In this document: positions 9,839 to 19,522 of the stretch, piece after piece
How positions within the stretch are numbered: the first letter of the stretch is position 1
Layout: each line of letters opens with the position of its first letter
Origin: an uncultured virus (IMG/VR IMGVR_UViG_3300048930_001385)
Taxonomy: Duplodnaviria > Heunggongvirae > Uroviricota > Caudoviricetes
Strand: one strand, 5' to 3'
DNA length: 64,000 bases
Virus record (IMG/VR): IMGVR_UViG_3300048930_001385
Notes under the pieces: generated by a model
Database searches by the model: none
Seen by the model: the letters and a program-made list of their open reading frames with translations, nothing else
Told to the model about the DNA's origin: nothing
Translations under genes and position numbers: made by a program

Positions 9839-10258
9839 TTAACTGGTCTCACGTACCCACCACTCACGGAGGGCTTGAATAGCTTGCCGAGAGGGCGGCT
9901 GCGAATCTTTTCCATCGTAGAGCAGCAGGTTCTTTCTCATATTGAGCCCGATATGATTCTTGAATACCTCGGCATGGTTCATGATGATTTCATCGGGGTA
10001 CATACCCGTCTCCTCCATTACCTCAACTATGACCCTGCGCAGATCGTAAGCCCAAGCGTACCCGATGCCATCAATCTCGAGGATGGCGAGGTACAGCGCA
10101 GTGAGGAAGTAACCGTCGTAGAGTATGCGACGGCGGAGCTGAGCGGCATCATCAACACCAGCATAGCGTGAATAATCAAGGGGCAAGAGCATTCTGCTAA
10201 TCGAGGGTGGGAGCTGCATGCTCTCATACCACTCCTGAATTTCATTCAAACTACTCAC
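9839..10258 (-). CDS. HhH (PGxG...REWW) family protein
   Basis: LPPSISR, EIDGIGYAWA, PPSRQAIQALREWW. Confidence 0.8.
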   Translation of the reverse strand: MSSLNEIQEWYESMQLPPSISRMLLPLDYSRYAGVDDAAQLRRRILYDGYFLTALYLAILEIDGIGYAWAYDLRRVIVEVMEETGMYPDEIIMNHAEVFKNHIGLNMRKNLLLYDGKDSQPPSRQAIQALREWWVRETS

Positions 10259-10721
10259 CCTCCAACTCCTCGATCCACCACTCGCGAAGAGCGATAACGT
10301 TCTTGCGACTGAGTGCGGATCGATGCCTACCCCGCACCTCTTCCTGAGATTCTGTCAACAGCAGACCAGGATGGTTCAGTAGAACGTCCTTCGGGGTCGC
10401 TGGGGATGATGCCAACATTTGATCACATAAAAGCAAGGCGCCCAGTCTGGACCTCTTGATTCCAAACCCTGGGACCCTCTGAAGGCTCAGCGCTAAGGGG
10501 TGACGGAGCTCTCCTAGGGCTTGTTGCATAATGAAGGAGCGACAGACCGATGGGAACAGCTCTTGCGAGCCCACTCGGGAGTTGTGAGCGAGGATGGTTG
10601 TTTCTCTCTGTAGCTGATCATCAGTGTATCGGCGTAATCGTGAGCGCACACCCGAGGGCAAGCTCTGGTAGAGCGGGCCCCAGCACCACTCGTAATACTC
10701 CCTCACCTCTGCATCGGTCAT
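10251..10721 (-). CDS. HhH (PGxG...REWW) family protein
   Basis: LPSGVR, RVPGFGIKRS, VIALREWW. Confidence 0.8.
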   Translation of the reverse strand: MTDAEVREYYEWCWGPLYQSLPSGVRSRLRRYTDDQLQRETTILAHNSRVGSQELFPSVCRSFIMQQALGELRHPLALSLQRVPGFGIKRSRLGALLLCDQMLASSPATPKDVLLNHPGLLLTESQEEVRGRHRSALSRKNVIALREWWIEELEGE

Positions 10722-10741
10722 GGGCACGTATCCGCGCGGTC

Positions 10742-11197
10742 TCACAGTCGATCTCGCTCCCACTCGCTCTCCCACCATTCACGCACCGCCTGAACTATAC
10801 GCCAGGGCGTGCGCGCGTCGCTGTAAGGCCGATGTCCATTGACCAGCTCTTCTGAGTGCTTATCTAAAACCTGATCGACGCTGAGTGCAAAGTTGGCCAT
10901 AAGCATTGTTATGTGCCGCGCTAAAACACGAGAGCGCCTATAACCAACCCCTGGCACCTCTTGAAGGCGCGCCTTAAGTAAATTATTAAGACCACTATTA
11001 TTAAGAGCAGACCTTCGTACCATATAAGGCGAAGTGGAGTAATCATAGCCAACAGACTGGACTATCGACATGCTCTCCCGTATTGACGGGGGCAAAGGAA
11101 TCGTGTTGATCCACTCGCAAGCAAGCTCAGGCGTCCACTGAAGGCTGCGATCTGTCCAGCTGCGACTAAAGCCTTTGTTCTCATCGGACGGGCTCAT
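10742..11197 (-). CDS. HhH (PGxG...REWW) family protein
   Basis: LPPSIRE, QEVPGVGYRRS, VQAVREWW; TGTCATACT -10 upstream. Confidence 0.8.
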   Translation of the reverse strand: MSPSDENKGFSRSWTDRSLQWTPELACEWINTIPLPPSIRESMSIVQSVGYDYSTSPYMVRRSALNNSGLNNLLKARLQEVPGVGYRRSRVLARHITMLMANFALSVDQVLDKHSEELVNGHRPYSDARTPWRIVQAVREWWESEWERDRL

Positions 11198-11267
11198 GTG
11201 CTGAGTATGACATGGCCCTGGCAAGTGCGCTAGTCTCCGATGTACATGCCACCCTCGGAGGCATTAG

Positions 11268-11597
11268 TCAAGCATATCGCGCCCGACGCTCGGATCGCTT
11301 GACAAGGTACGCGCGGGTGAGGTCATCGTCCCTGTCTCGCATGGGCAGAGAAAGATTACTATCGAGCTCACTTACCATGTCGCTGAGAACTGCATAGTGC
11401 CGCGCGACGTGCACGACCTTGCTGTAGTGAGTAAGCTGCCATTCAAGGTCATAGACCTGCTGGAGTAGGTGATCCTTCTCAGCCCGCAACACCATGTTCT
11501 CACGCTGGATACACTCAATGCTGCGCTCGCCAGGAGTTGATCCACACCCGTAGCCCGTGGCCGTCTTGTCACTCACGCAGAAAGGGCAATAGTCCAT
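11268..11597 (-). CDS. hypothetical protein (CxxC, coiled coil)
   Basis: ORF behind an element copy with RBS. Confidence 0.65.
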   Translation of the reverse strand: MDYCPFCVSDKTATGYGCGSTPGERSIECIQRENMVLRAEKDHLLQQVYDLEWQLTHYSKVVHVARHYAVLSDMVSELDSNLSLPMRDRDDDLTRAYLVKRSERRARYA

Positions 11598-11698
11598 GGC
11601 AGCTTCTCCGTATCTGATGAGGTCTGTCTTAATATTATCGGCAACCGCTCCGGTCTCCGGAGGTCAAGTGTTTGGCCATACTGTAAAATTGCCGTGTG

Positions 11699-12091
11699 TC
11701 AACAATTCTGCAGCGACTCGATTACCCTATCCATGAGGACACGGGCGCGCCGAGAGGGCGGCTGGCCAGGAATTGGTGTAGAGAGCCCCTTGCCCTTGCC
11801 GGCGGTGTAATCGACCGCGCGCCGAAACTGCTCAGCAGTTAGATCAATGACCTCGCCATCCGGGCCCTGGATATACCAGTGGCTCTCACCCTCGTGATTG
11901 ACCTGCATCGTCTTGTAACGGCTCTGCTTGCTGCCCCCAAGAAGCTGCCACAGGCACTCGCTAGCGACATAGCAGTGACCGACGAAACGGTTCTTGCGCG
12001 GTCGGTCACGGTACTCTTTCTTCAACAGGTCATCACTCAGGTTATCACGGATGAGCTCGGCAAGAACAGGTATGTCGTCGGTAGTAAACAT
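11699..12091 (-). CDS. putative papain/transglutaminase-fold protein
   Basis: GHCYVASE...SHWY...VIDLTAEQF (Cys-His-Asp order). Confidence 0.6.
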   Translation of the reverse strand: MFTTDDIPVLAELIRDNLSDDLLKKEYRDRPRKNRFVGHCYVASECLWQLLGGSKQSRYKTMQVNHEGESHWYIQGPDGEVIDLTAEQFRRAVDYTAGKGKGLSTPIPGQPPSRRARVLMDRVIESLQNC

Positions 12092-12153
12092 TCTAGTGTT
12101 ATTATCGGCACCACTCACTAGTTCAAGAGGACAATCACCTGGCCCACACAGAA

Positions 12154-12181
12154 GGGAGGGCCAGCCTAAGCCAGCCCTCCC
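12154..12181 (-). terminator. GC-rich hairpin downstream of 12209-12628
   Basis: GGGAGGG(C)...(G)CCCTCCC stem, T-rich tail on the minus strand; related copies at 40021, 52954, 15623, 23309. Confidence 0.65.
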
Positions 12182-12208
12182 CGGTGTCTAGTTTGATCCG
12201 TCCGTGGG

Positions 12209-12628
12209 TCAGAGCGAGTATGCCCCGTCCACAGCAGTCACCCCAGCGCGCTTGAGGGCGGCGCGGACGGCGTCGGCCTTGTCCTTCGCAGTGAACGCAG
12301 TCAGTTCACGCATCGTGATCTGCGCCGCGATCTGCTTGCTCGTCAGCGGCACACGAGCGGCCTTGAGAACCGCGAGAGCTGCCTCGCCGGTCTTTGAGAC
12401 CTTGCCACCGTCATGACGCGGGCGACCCCGGCCCACCACCGGGAGGCCAGCAGCGATCTTTGCCGCGTTCAGCGAACCAAAGGCCGTGATGTACGCCTGA
12501 GCCGAGGGGAGGCCACTACCCTTGACATTGATGTGCTTCGTGCCGATATTCTCACCCTCGTGAGCGGCCGCGAGCCACTGAAGGTTGAGGACCAGCATCT
12601 CATTCGTGAACTTGCGCTTGCGAGTCAT
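12209..12628 (-). CDS. basic DNA-binding-like protein (homing-endonuclease-associated repeat-like plus AT-hook), copy 1
   Basis: LPSAQAYITAFGSLNAAKIAAGL, GRGRPR. Confidence 0.75.
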   Translation of the reverse strand: MTRKRKFTNEMLVLNLQWLAAAHEGENIGTKHINVKGSGLPSAQAYITAFGSLNAAKIAAGLPVVGRGRPRHDGGKVSKTGEAALAVLKAARVPLTSKQIAAQITMRELTAFTAKDKADAVRAALKRAGVTAVDGAYSL

Positions 12629-12728
12629 CGTGTTCTCCTTGTGTGGCGGGAGGCCCATCCTCCCTTGCCCTATTGTTATCGGCCCCGTATGAATTTATCT
12701 TGAGGCCAGGTGTATGGCCCATCCTGCA

Positions 12729-12971
12729 TTAGTGGATACTGACAAGCGTCCACTCGACCTGCTGACCATCGCGAGTAGTGAGCTCCTCGGCAGCTAGATC
12801 AGTTTGCTTGCCGTCTACGGTATAGACCCAAGCGGTATCGGGGCCAGCGGTGCGGCCGTCGATAGCAACCACTTTCTCTCCGAGTCCTGAGTGAACCTCT
12901 GTTTGCACTGTGCTGCTCTCGTGGAGAAGCTCGAGGACCGTCTTGCCATCTTGCCCGGTGTACTTGGTCAT
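12729..12971 (-). CDS. DUF4430-like beta-grasp protein
   Basis: GKTVLELL...VVAIDG...WVYTVDG...A.E....DGQQVEW. Confidence 0.7.
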   Translation of the reverse strand: MTKYTGQDGKTVLELLHESSTVQTEVHSGLGEKVVAIDGRTAGPDTAWVYTVDGKQTDLAAEELTTRDGQQVEWTLVSIH

Positions 12972-13102
12972 TCGCTGACCTTTCATGCAATGGGCGGGTC
13001 ATTTACCCGCCGCGCCAAGGTTTCCCTTGCCCTACTATTATCGGCCCCATGTGAATTTATCTTGAGGCCAGGTGGATGGCCTCCTGGCAGTTAAGTGATT
13101 CT

Positions 13103-13381
13103 TTAAGCGGTGACAGCACGAATAGTAGTTGTTTCAACGTAGACGGTGCACTTGCCATCGAACGTGACGATGTACTGGTACCGAGAGGGCTTGACCTCTA
13201 GCTTATTCCATGCCTTATGGCACTCAGTAGGAAGGCTACGATCCGTTGTCGTCAAGATTGACGAATCGCTGGCGGGCAGAACGGCTGTCACACGGTCGGC
13301 TGGAGAGAACACCACTGAAAAGCTCCAGAAAGTTGCAACCACCAGTCCGGTGAGCACGAGGTATCCAAGAAGCTGCTTCAT
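13103..13381 (-). CDS. secreted or membrane-anchored hypothetical protein
   Basis: N-terminal hydrophobic helix. Confidence 0.65.
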   Translation of the reverse strand: MKQLLGYLVLTGLVVATFWSFSVVFSPADRVTAVLPASDSSILTTTDRSLPTECHKAWNKLEVKPSRYQYIVTFDGKCTVYVETTTIRAVTA

Positions 13382-13520
13382 GACTTTACCCCTCCGTCGA
13401 TTACTCTACTACTATCGGCAGCAAACAACTTATCCAAGAGGACATCTATTGGCCGCCAGGGCAAGTGCGTGAGTCCATAAGTTGGTTGTGAGTGCACTAA
13501 AGTGGCGAGGCCACACTAAC

Positions 13521-13823
13521 CTACTGGTTGTCGCCGCGATGTCGCAATCGTTCAACGGTCAGAAGAAACTTCACGGCGCTAGAGAATATAAAAAGAAAGC
13601 CTAATACGACGAAGAGAGTATGTTCACGAGCCTGATAGGTGTAAATGGTCGCGCCTGTCAACATTGCCAGGGCCCCCATGACCTGCCAATGCTCATCACT
13701 AAAGTAGTGAATCGTCACTTTGCGCATATGAGTCTTGACGCGATCCCAGACGGGATCAATATAACGTATACCTATGTAGGTCAAAGATGCGATCAGTGCG
13801 ATAGCGATAACCCAAGACAACAT
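13521..13823 (-). CDS. membrane protein
   Basis: three hydrophobic segments. Confidence 0.7.
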   Translation of the reverse strand: MLSWVIAIALIASLTYIGIRYIDPVWDRVKTHMRKVTIHYFSDEHWQVMGALAMLTGATIYTYQAREHTLFVVLGFLFIFSSAVKFLLTVERLRHRGDNQ

Positions 13824-13976
13824 GGTGTGTCCTCAATTTATTTTTGCCCTTGCCCTATCACTATCGGTCCATTGTGAATTTATCTTGAGGCCAGCTGGAC
13901 GGCCTCCTGGCAACTACATGCATAGACCAAGATCTAGGCCGTATCGCGCACTGGCAACTAAGCGCCGCTGAGAAGC

Positions 13977-14237
13977 CTAGTAGGCGTAGAGTGCGCCGAC
14001 CCTGAGTGCCTCGGCGATGTTCGACTCTGCATTGAGGAACGTCACATCGTCGGGATATGCGGTCTCAGTGTCGTCGATCTCATGCAGGATGTTCCACCGC
14101 TCTGCGGACTCTGCATCGTACCAGAAATGCTTACTAGAGCGCATAAGGCCGCCGGCGAGAGCGACGAAGCACTCTGCTCCACCGTCCTCAGCTGCGAGGG
14201 TCTTGAGCTCGTCCAGTGTGTTAATCTTCGTTGCCAT
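13977..14237 (-). CDS. hypothetical protein, paralogue of 58599-58871
   Basis: CF.ALAGGL.RSSKH...W.I.HEIDD...EALRVGAL. Confidence 0.8.
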   Translation of the reverse strand: MATKINTLDELKTLAAEDGGAECFVALAGGLMRSSKHFWYDAESAERWNILHEIDDTETAYPDDVTFLNAESNIAEALRVGALYAY

Positions 14238-14312
14238 GATCCGTTCTCCTTTGCCGTCTATTATATTATCGGCATCGACGGCGGTATCCTAAAGGCCAAA
14301 CTCTGGCCTCAA

Positions 14313-14385
14313 TGCCCTCGGCAGGATTCGAACCTGCGACACCAGGTTTAGGAAACCTGTGCTCTATCCCCTGAGCTACGAGGGC
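14313..14385 (-). tRNA. tRNA-Arg(CCT)
   Basis: GCCCTCG acceptor, CAGGT-TTCCTAA-ACCTG, GTTCGAATC. Confidence 0.95.
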
Positions 14386-14394
14386 GGGAGAGAT

Positions 14395-14544
14395 CTAAAC
14401 GGCGGGCTTGCCCATCACGTAGAGGTTGTACGGGCCATCGGGTCCGCTGGTGGTGCGAATGATCTTGACGAGCACCCAACCGCTCTTAAGCAGTTCGTTT
14501 GCGGCGTCAACGCCACGGGCTTCTGCGAGTTCGGTATAGTTCAT
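14395..14544 (-). CDS. 49-aa leaderless hypothetical protein
   Basis: MNYTELAEARGVDAANELLKSGWVLV...; CGATA-N8-ATG. Confidence 0.65.
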   Translation of the reverse strand: MNYTELAEARGVDAANELLKSGWVLVKIIRTTSGPDGPYNLYVMGKPAV

Positions 14545-14670
14545 GATCCAAGTATCGGCATCGGGGGGAATTATCTTAAGGCCGAGGCAGTGGCCTAGTC
14601 GGATTGTGGAGTGGGATTATGAATAATTACCACACCACGTGTTTATGTGTGGGGGAGATCTATCGCCTGT

Positions 14671-14871
14671 TCAGGCTCGGCGCGGAGCGTGAGCGTAGAG
14701 ACGGGTGGGGTCAAGCACACGGTACGCGGCTGCCTCACGTGCGAGCGAACGGGCCTTGCGCACGTCAGTGGCGGTGACGGTGAAGGTGCCGACACTCTCG
14801 CCGTGCTTGGTGTCAGTCACGAGCACGTTGTAGGTCTTGCCGCCCTTGCGCTGATTCGCAAACTTTGCCAT
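14671..14871 (-). CDS. hypothetical protein, paralogue of 4625-4825
   Basis: near-identical protein, hairpin leader. Confidence 0.8.
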   Translation of the reverse strand: MAKFANQRKGGKTYNVLVTDTKHGESVGTFTVTATDVRKARSLAREAAAYRVLDPTRLYAHAPRRA

Positions 14872-14967
14872 GAGAACCTCCTCAGCGGGAGGCCCTTCCT
14901 CCCTTGTCCTATATGTATCGGCACGCTTCACCCAAACCTTTAGCAGAAATAACAAATGGGTTCTTTG

Positions 14968-15201
14968 TCAGTCAATCATCGGGGTGTCTTTGCCGTCGTT
15001 GTGCATCGGTGTCTCGCGCAGCATTCGTTCGGGACAGCCCTGCTCAATCTGTTTGTCGTCTCGAATGAGATCATATAGCGGCTGCTTGTCACGCTTGCGA
15101 ATCGTCTTGGCAGTACGAACGACGAAAGGGTCAATGAAACCCAGCTGGAAAACGCGGTCACCTACTGCAAACTTGTGCTGAATGTCGGAAGCTGACTGCA
15201 T
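14968..15201 (-). CDS. small SH3-like hypothetical protein
   Basis: KFAVGDRV motif. Confidence 0.6.
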   Translation of the reverse strand: MQSASDIQHKFAVGDRVFQLGFIDPFVVRTAKTIRKRDKQPLYDLIRDDKQIEQGCPERMLRETPMHNDGKDTPMID

Positions 15202-15281
15202 TTGTATCTCTTTCTTGTGTGGTGACCCTTACCCTATATGTATCGGCACGATTCGCCAAACCTTGAGCGGTAACTTGCGAA

Positions 15282-15527
15282 TTAAATAACAGAATCAGAC
15301 TGAGCTGACCGAGAATAATGCTCGTTCTCCCATGCGTGTTCAGCATCGGTGCACTCTTCGTACGCGACATCCTTGCCCGGATGCCAACCGCAGGTGCAGC
15401 GGACCGTGTACATAAGGCGACCAGGAAGAAGCGATCCGTGCAGACTGGTCGTTTCGACGATGGCAGTATCCTGCATGGTACAAGCTCGCTGAGTGCTCTT
15501 ATTAGCCTTTGCATTGCGCTTGAACAT
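15282..15527 (-). CDS. small CxCG...HxxxxH protein
   Basis: VRCTCGW, EHAWENEH. Confidence 0.6.
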   Translation of the reverse strand: MFKRNAKANKSTQRACTMQDTAIVETTSLHGSLLPGRLMYTVRCTCGWHPGKDVAYEECTDAEHAWENEHYSRSAQSDSVI

Positions 15528-15679
15528 TATAGCTCCTTTATATATTCCGTTACTGCGTCGTGCCCTATATGTATCGGCTAGGTATGATAATATCTTGAGG
15601 CCAGGTGCGTGGCCTTCGAATAGGGAAGAGCCAGCCGAAGCCAGCCCTTCCCAGTGTCTTACGTCTTACGTCTTCCGCG

Positions 15680-15931
15680 CTACTTCGCCGTGTAGCCGAT
15701 CAGCTTCGCGTCGGCGTTGAAGAAGCGGGCGCCCTGCTCGCGGATCGTCACCTGCTGGTCACCCGTGAGCATGTCCTCACCTCGGAACACGATCTGGCGC
15801 TTCTCGCCATCGACCATCACGACCGGCTTGATTCCAGCCTTGACAACCTTGACGATGCGGCTCTGGCCGGCACGCTTGCCCTTGCCAGTGATCTTGAGCG
15901 AGTAGACGTTGCCGATCTTGACCTTGCTCAT
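15680..15931 (-). CDS. basic hypothetical protein
   Basis: hairpin leader, RBS, terminator at 15623-15652. Confidence 0.7.
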   Translation of the reverse strand: MSKVKIGNVYSLKITGKGKRAGQSRIVKVVKAGIKPVVMVDGEKRQIVFRGEDMLTGDQQVTIREQGARFFNADAKLIGYTAK

Positions 15932-16058
15932 GTGCATCTCCTTGGGTTCTGTCTGGGAGACCCTTTCTCCCTTGCCCCATATGTATCGGCAATGTATTAA
16001 CTTAACGAGAGGACAAATGGGTGGCCTACGCTCTAACGGCGACAGGACCAGGCGATGC

Positions 16059-16364
16059 TCAGCGGGCGAGCTCTCGCTGATCACGTTCAGCCAGTGAGAG
16101 CTGCATGCTGTGCTGGATGGCATTCATCAACACGCGTCCACGCTTGGACCGCAGCATCAGCACCTGCGGCCAGACTAGCAGGTCTCCGTTTACCCCCGGA
16201 TGCCCGAAGCCGATACGATCCCAGTCAGTAAGTAGCGTCATACGACGATCACAGTCGTTGCAGACGATCTCGCCCACTGCCGCGAGACTCCAGCGGATCG
16301 TGCGCGATTCGGTCAGCTCAATCAACTCTGCGATTGCCTTCTCGTCCCTGGTAAAAGGTCGCAT
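16059..16364 (-). CDS. hypothetical protein
   Basis: ORF between element copies. Confidence 0.6.
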   Translation of the reverse strand: MRPFTRDEKAIAELIELTESRTIRWSLAAVGEIVCNDCDRRMTLLTDWDRIGFGHPGVNGDLLVWPQVLMLRSKRGRVLMNAIQHSMQLSLAERDQRELAR

Positions 16365-16486
16365 TGCTTGCTCCCGAATCGTGGTAGTGAACAACAGTTT
16401 CCTGGCTGATAACATCATCGGCTGAAGGCGGAGATGTCTTGAGGACGGGCGAGTGGCCTTTATTGGGTCGGGCCACATCTCACCTC

Positions 16487-16792
16487 TTAGAAGTGCGGGT
16501 CTCTGTAGTAGCGGCGGACACCGACGCTGACAACGGTGCCGCGCTTGCCGCCGACCATCCAGCGCTGGCGGCTCTCATTCCAGCGAGCGACAATGGTGCT
16601 GCCCTCGGTGTCAGGCAGGAACACGCAATCCTGCTCTTCGATGTAGCTGCCGCGAGTGACCATGACCTCGTCGGCCTGGATCGTGATCTGCTTGCCGGAG
16701 GTAGACACGGCGATCACCGTGTAGGGGTTACGATCCGAACCGTACCCGAACGTTGCGCCCTCACCGATCTTAACCTGCTCTGCAATCATCAT
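16487..16792 (-). CDS. hypothetical phage protein
   Basis: GEGAT...SDRNPYTVI...G.RRYYRDPHF; remnant copy at 29751. Confidence 0.75.
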   Translation of the reverse strand: MMIAEQVKIGEGATFGYGSDRNPYTVIAVSTSGKQITIQADEVMVTRGSYIEEQDCVFLPDTEGSTIVARWNESRQRWMVGGKRGTVVSVGVRRYYRDPHF

Positions 16793-17012
16793 TCGCTCCT
16801 GCCGCCAGAAGAGAGGTTGCTCCTCCCTTGCCCTGTATGTATCGGCACGGAATTAATTTATCTGGAGGACATTCGCGTGGCCCATGATCAGCGCCAGTGC
16901 GGGCCACCATTAATTACGCAACACTCTGGATAGCGCGATGAATGAGCTAATCGTACTATTCGTCGTCACCCTGGCCTAGAGTTACTCAGACTCGAGAGTG
17001 GAAGAATGATCT

Positions 17013-17201
17013 TCACTTACTCCGCAAGGTGAGGTCATGCCGCTTACCGCATGGACAGTTGAAATCGGTAGTGATCTCAACCTCACTATCAAACTCCCAG
17101 TCGGTGACGGAAGCATACAGGTACAGATCGTAAAAGTCAATGACGACCGTGCCGGCGACCGGGCACTCAACTGTAAGACTCTTGATGGTGATGTCCGCCA
17201 T
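17013..17201 (-). CDS. small Cys-containing protein, similar to 28379-28612
   Basis: VECP...CPCG. Confidence 0.6.
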   Translation of the reverse strand: MADITIKSLTVECPVAGTVVIDFYDLYLYASVTDWEFDSEVEITTDFNCPCGKRHDLTLRSK

Positions 17202-17334
17202 GATCGCTACCGCCTTTACTGGGTAAGAGTCCGTCTCTCCCTTGCCCTATATGTATCGGCACGTAATGAACTTATCAGGAGGACAGTCTATTGGCCGCCA
17301 GGGTAATACATGATTAGGTCAGTTGAGCGGCCAC

Positions 17335-17775
17335 TTACACCGAGAAATGCTTCTTAATTGCCTCGCGCTCCGCCTGTGCCCGCCACCCTCGTGCGAGCAT
17401 GAAGCGACCCAGCCACGTTCGCTCGCTCTCGATGCGTGAATATTCTCGCATAACATCCACGGCAAGCGTATAGAAAGGTCGTGGCATGCGAAAGTTCGGA
17501 ACAAATGCATACCGAGAGAATCGATAGGTGAGAAAGTTGCCCGGGCCAGTATCCTCGCTGACAGGAACAGGGATCTTGACATACAGCGGGTCAAGAAAGG
17601 GCATATCGTCCTCGAATCGCATAACCTCTTCGCCAGCCTTGGAAACGATAATCAGCGAGCAGCGAACACGATGGATGACTTCGCAATCGTACTCACCCAC
17701 AGTGAACGAGTAATCACTGCGGCGGCGCATCTTGAGATTGAAGGGATCTGTTTCGTGACGAATCTTGAAGCGCAT
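17335..17775 (-). CDS. hypothetical protein
   Basis: element, hairpin leader and AGGAG RBS. Confidence 0.7.
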   Translation of the reverse strand: MRFKIRHETDPFNLKMRRRSDYSFTVGEYDCEVIHRVRCSLIIVSKAGEEVMRFEDDMPFLDPLYVKIPVPVSEDTGPGNFLTYRFSRYAFVPNFRMPRPFYTLAVDVMREYSRIESERTWLGRFMLARGWRAQAEREAIKKHFSV

Positions 17776-17867
17776 GAACGACTCCTTCTGGCAGGGAGGC
17801 CGCTCTCCCCTTGCCCTATATATCGGCTACAAAAGAAATTATCTTGAGGCCAAATGCCTGACCCCGT

Positions 17868-18137
17868 CTATGCGCGGGGCTGGCCCTGCGGCTCATTGAA
17901 CCGGCGCATGAACTTTGCGATGCGCTGTACGATCTTACCCTGTCGTCGCGGAATCGGATTGACGACGAAATTGAGGTGCGGGTTTTCTTCGTTCAGGCGC
18001 TTTGCCCATGCCTCGGCGATGTGAGAGAAGGGAGAACTGCCGTAGTACATGGTCACGCCGTTACCGATGTTGACGACCTCGTACTCATCGACGTCTCGGA
18101 TGTGAATGTATTCGCGTTCCGCTGCATCCTTGATCAT
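17868..18137 (-). CDS. hypothetical protein
   Basis: element, hairpin leader and AGGAG RBS. Confidence 0.7.
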   Translation of the reverse strand: MIKDAAEREYIHIRDVDEYEVVNIGNGVTMYYGSSPFSHIAEAWAKRLNEENPHLNFVVNPIPRRQGKIVQRIAKFMRRFNEPQGQPRA

Positions 18138-18439
18138 CGTTCACTCCTTCTGGCGGGGAGGCCATTCCTCCCTTGCCCTATATGTATCGGCTGGGAAGTA
18201 ACTTACCAAGAGGACGGACTATTGGCCCGATTTATGACAGGTACACGGCGGTGGTTACGAGACCGATGATGACGAGGGTACACACTATCCAGCAAAACCA
18301 GATCAGGCTATCCGGGCAATCGTCGGGCTCTGGCTCTACAGGGGGCTGCACGCCTTGCTCGGACGAGAGCACGTGCAGCGCAGCAATTTCGCTTACATCC
18401 ATATGATCACCTCATGCTACTACTCGGTTATTGTACACG

Positions 18440-18803
18440 TATCGGCAGGGAATGAAATTATCCGAAGGACAGGTGACTGGCCTGTCACTCCTTGCCGATA
18501 ACTTCGCACTTGCCCACGGGCGCCCAGACGTCGCCCTCACGACCGTGGACACCGTCGCGCATACCCACGTACTCGCGCCCGTCCTTTGTCGTCTTGAGCT
18601 GACGGGGCCACAGCCGCGCCACCGGGCCACTTGCGATTGCAGTCTCTCCGACGACCCAGACCTCACCGTTGTACTTGACGATGTCGCTGGCCTGCACGCT
18701 GTTGCTGGATCGGATCATGGTGAGCTCCTGCTCGTTCATCGGGTTCCTTGCCCTACTGTTATCGGCAGGGAATGAAATTATCCGGAGGACAGGTGACTGG
18801 CCT
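18440..18803. repeat. 44-bp near-perfect direct repeats (18440-18483, 18760-18803) flanking one ORF
   Basis: one mismatch in 44 bp. Confidence 0.9.
18485..18739 (-). CDS. hypothetical protein
   Basis: lies between the 44-bp repeats. Confidence 0.7.
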   Translation of the reverse strand: MNEQELTMIRSSNSVQASDIVKYNGEVWVVGETAIASGPVARLWPRQLKTTKDGREYVGMRDGVHGREGDVWAPVGKCEVIGKE

Positions 18804-18930
18804 AGCGATCCTTCGTTGCGATACGGGCGATGATCATGCAGATGATTATTGCCACCCACGGAGCTGCAATGACCATCATGACCTGTATACTGTTCATTTG
18901 TTCAACCAGCATAGCTAGCTCCTTAAGCAC

Positions 18931-19170
18931 TCAAGCGACTTTGACAAACAGCTGCGCCGGGTGCACCCCGAACGTATTCAGCTGCAGCCTTCCATCGCTG
19001 CTGATGGTCAGAAACTCTTGCTCGTCACCCTCGTACACGAACGGCCCCTGCCCGGCAACGCACCGAACGGTATCGCCAGTACGAAGCAGCATCTTGCCAT
19101 CTGCGCCTTGCACGGTAACTCCGTTCGGATAGACCGTCTCGCCGTGCTCGCGTGCCTTGATTTCGTTCAT
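18931..19170 (-). CDS. hypothetical protein
   Basis: GGAGG RBS behind an element copy. Confidence 0.65.
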   Translation of the reverse strand: MNEIKAREHGETVYPNGVTVQGADGKMLLRTGDTVRCVAGQGPFVYEGDEQEFLTISSDGRLQLNTFGVHPAQLFVKVA

Positions 19171-19246
19171 GCCGAACCTCCACAGTTTCCCTTGCCCTAA
19201 CTGTATCGGCCGGGAAAGAAAATATGGTAAGGACAAATAGCTGACC

Positions 19247-19444
19247 CTAGCTATTGTCAGTCTTGCGCCAGCTGAATCCGAACCGGCCGGGAGCGTCAAT
19301 GGTTGTCGTCGTTCCCCTGCTTCCCCACGTTCGACTGAACGGACCCAGACGCAAAGTCCAGCTCACGCCGGTCTTTGTGAAATTGACATAAAAGACCCGA
19401 GGAATGATCGGAAAGCTCTTGCGAAATCGCATCCTGTAGCGCAT
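19247..19444 (-). CDS. DUF4236-like protein
   Basis: paralogue of 6602-6802. Confidence 0.75.
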   Translation of the reverse strand: MRYRMRFRKSFPIIPRVFYVNFTKTGVSWTLRLGPFSRTWGSRGTTTTIDAPGRFGFSWRKTDNS

Positions 19445-19522
19445 GGCGTGCCCTTCTCAAGCCTCTTTGCATTAATGTTATCGGCAGGTACAGAAGCGAT
19501 ACGAGGACAAATACCTGGCCGG

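Noticed and set aside
12209..12628. Active homing endonuclease explaining the three copies
   Set aside because: Only the associated repeat-like motif is present; no HNH, GIY-YIG or LAGLIDADG catalytic motif
12677..12719. sigma54 (-24/-12) promoter suggested by TGGC
   Set aside because: No conserved TTGC at the required spacing; GCCGATA fits the sigma28 family
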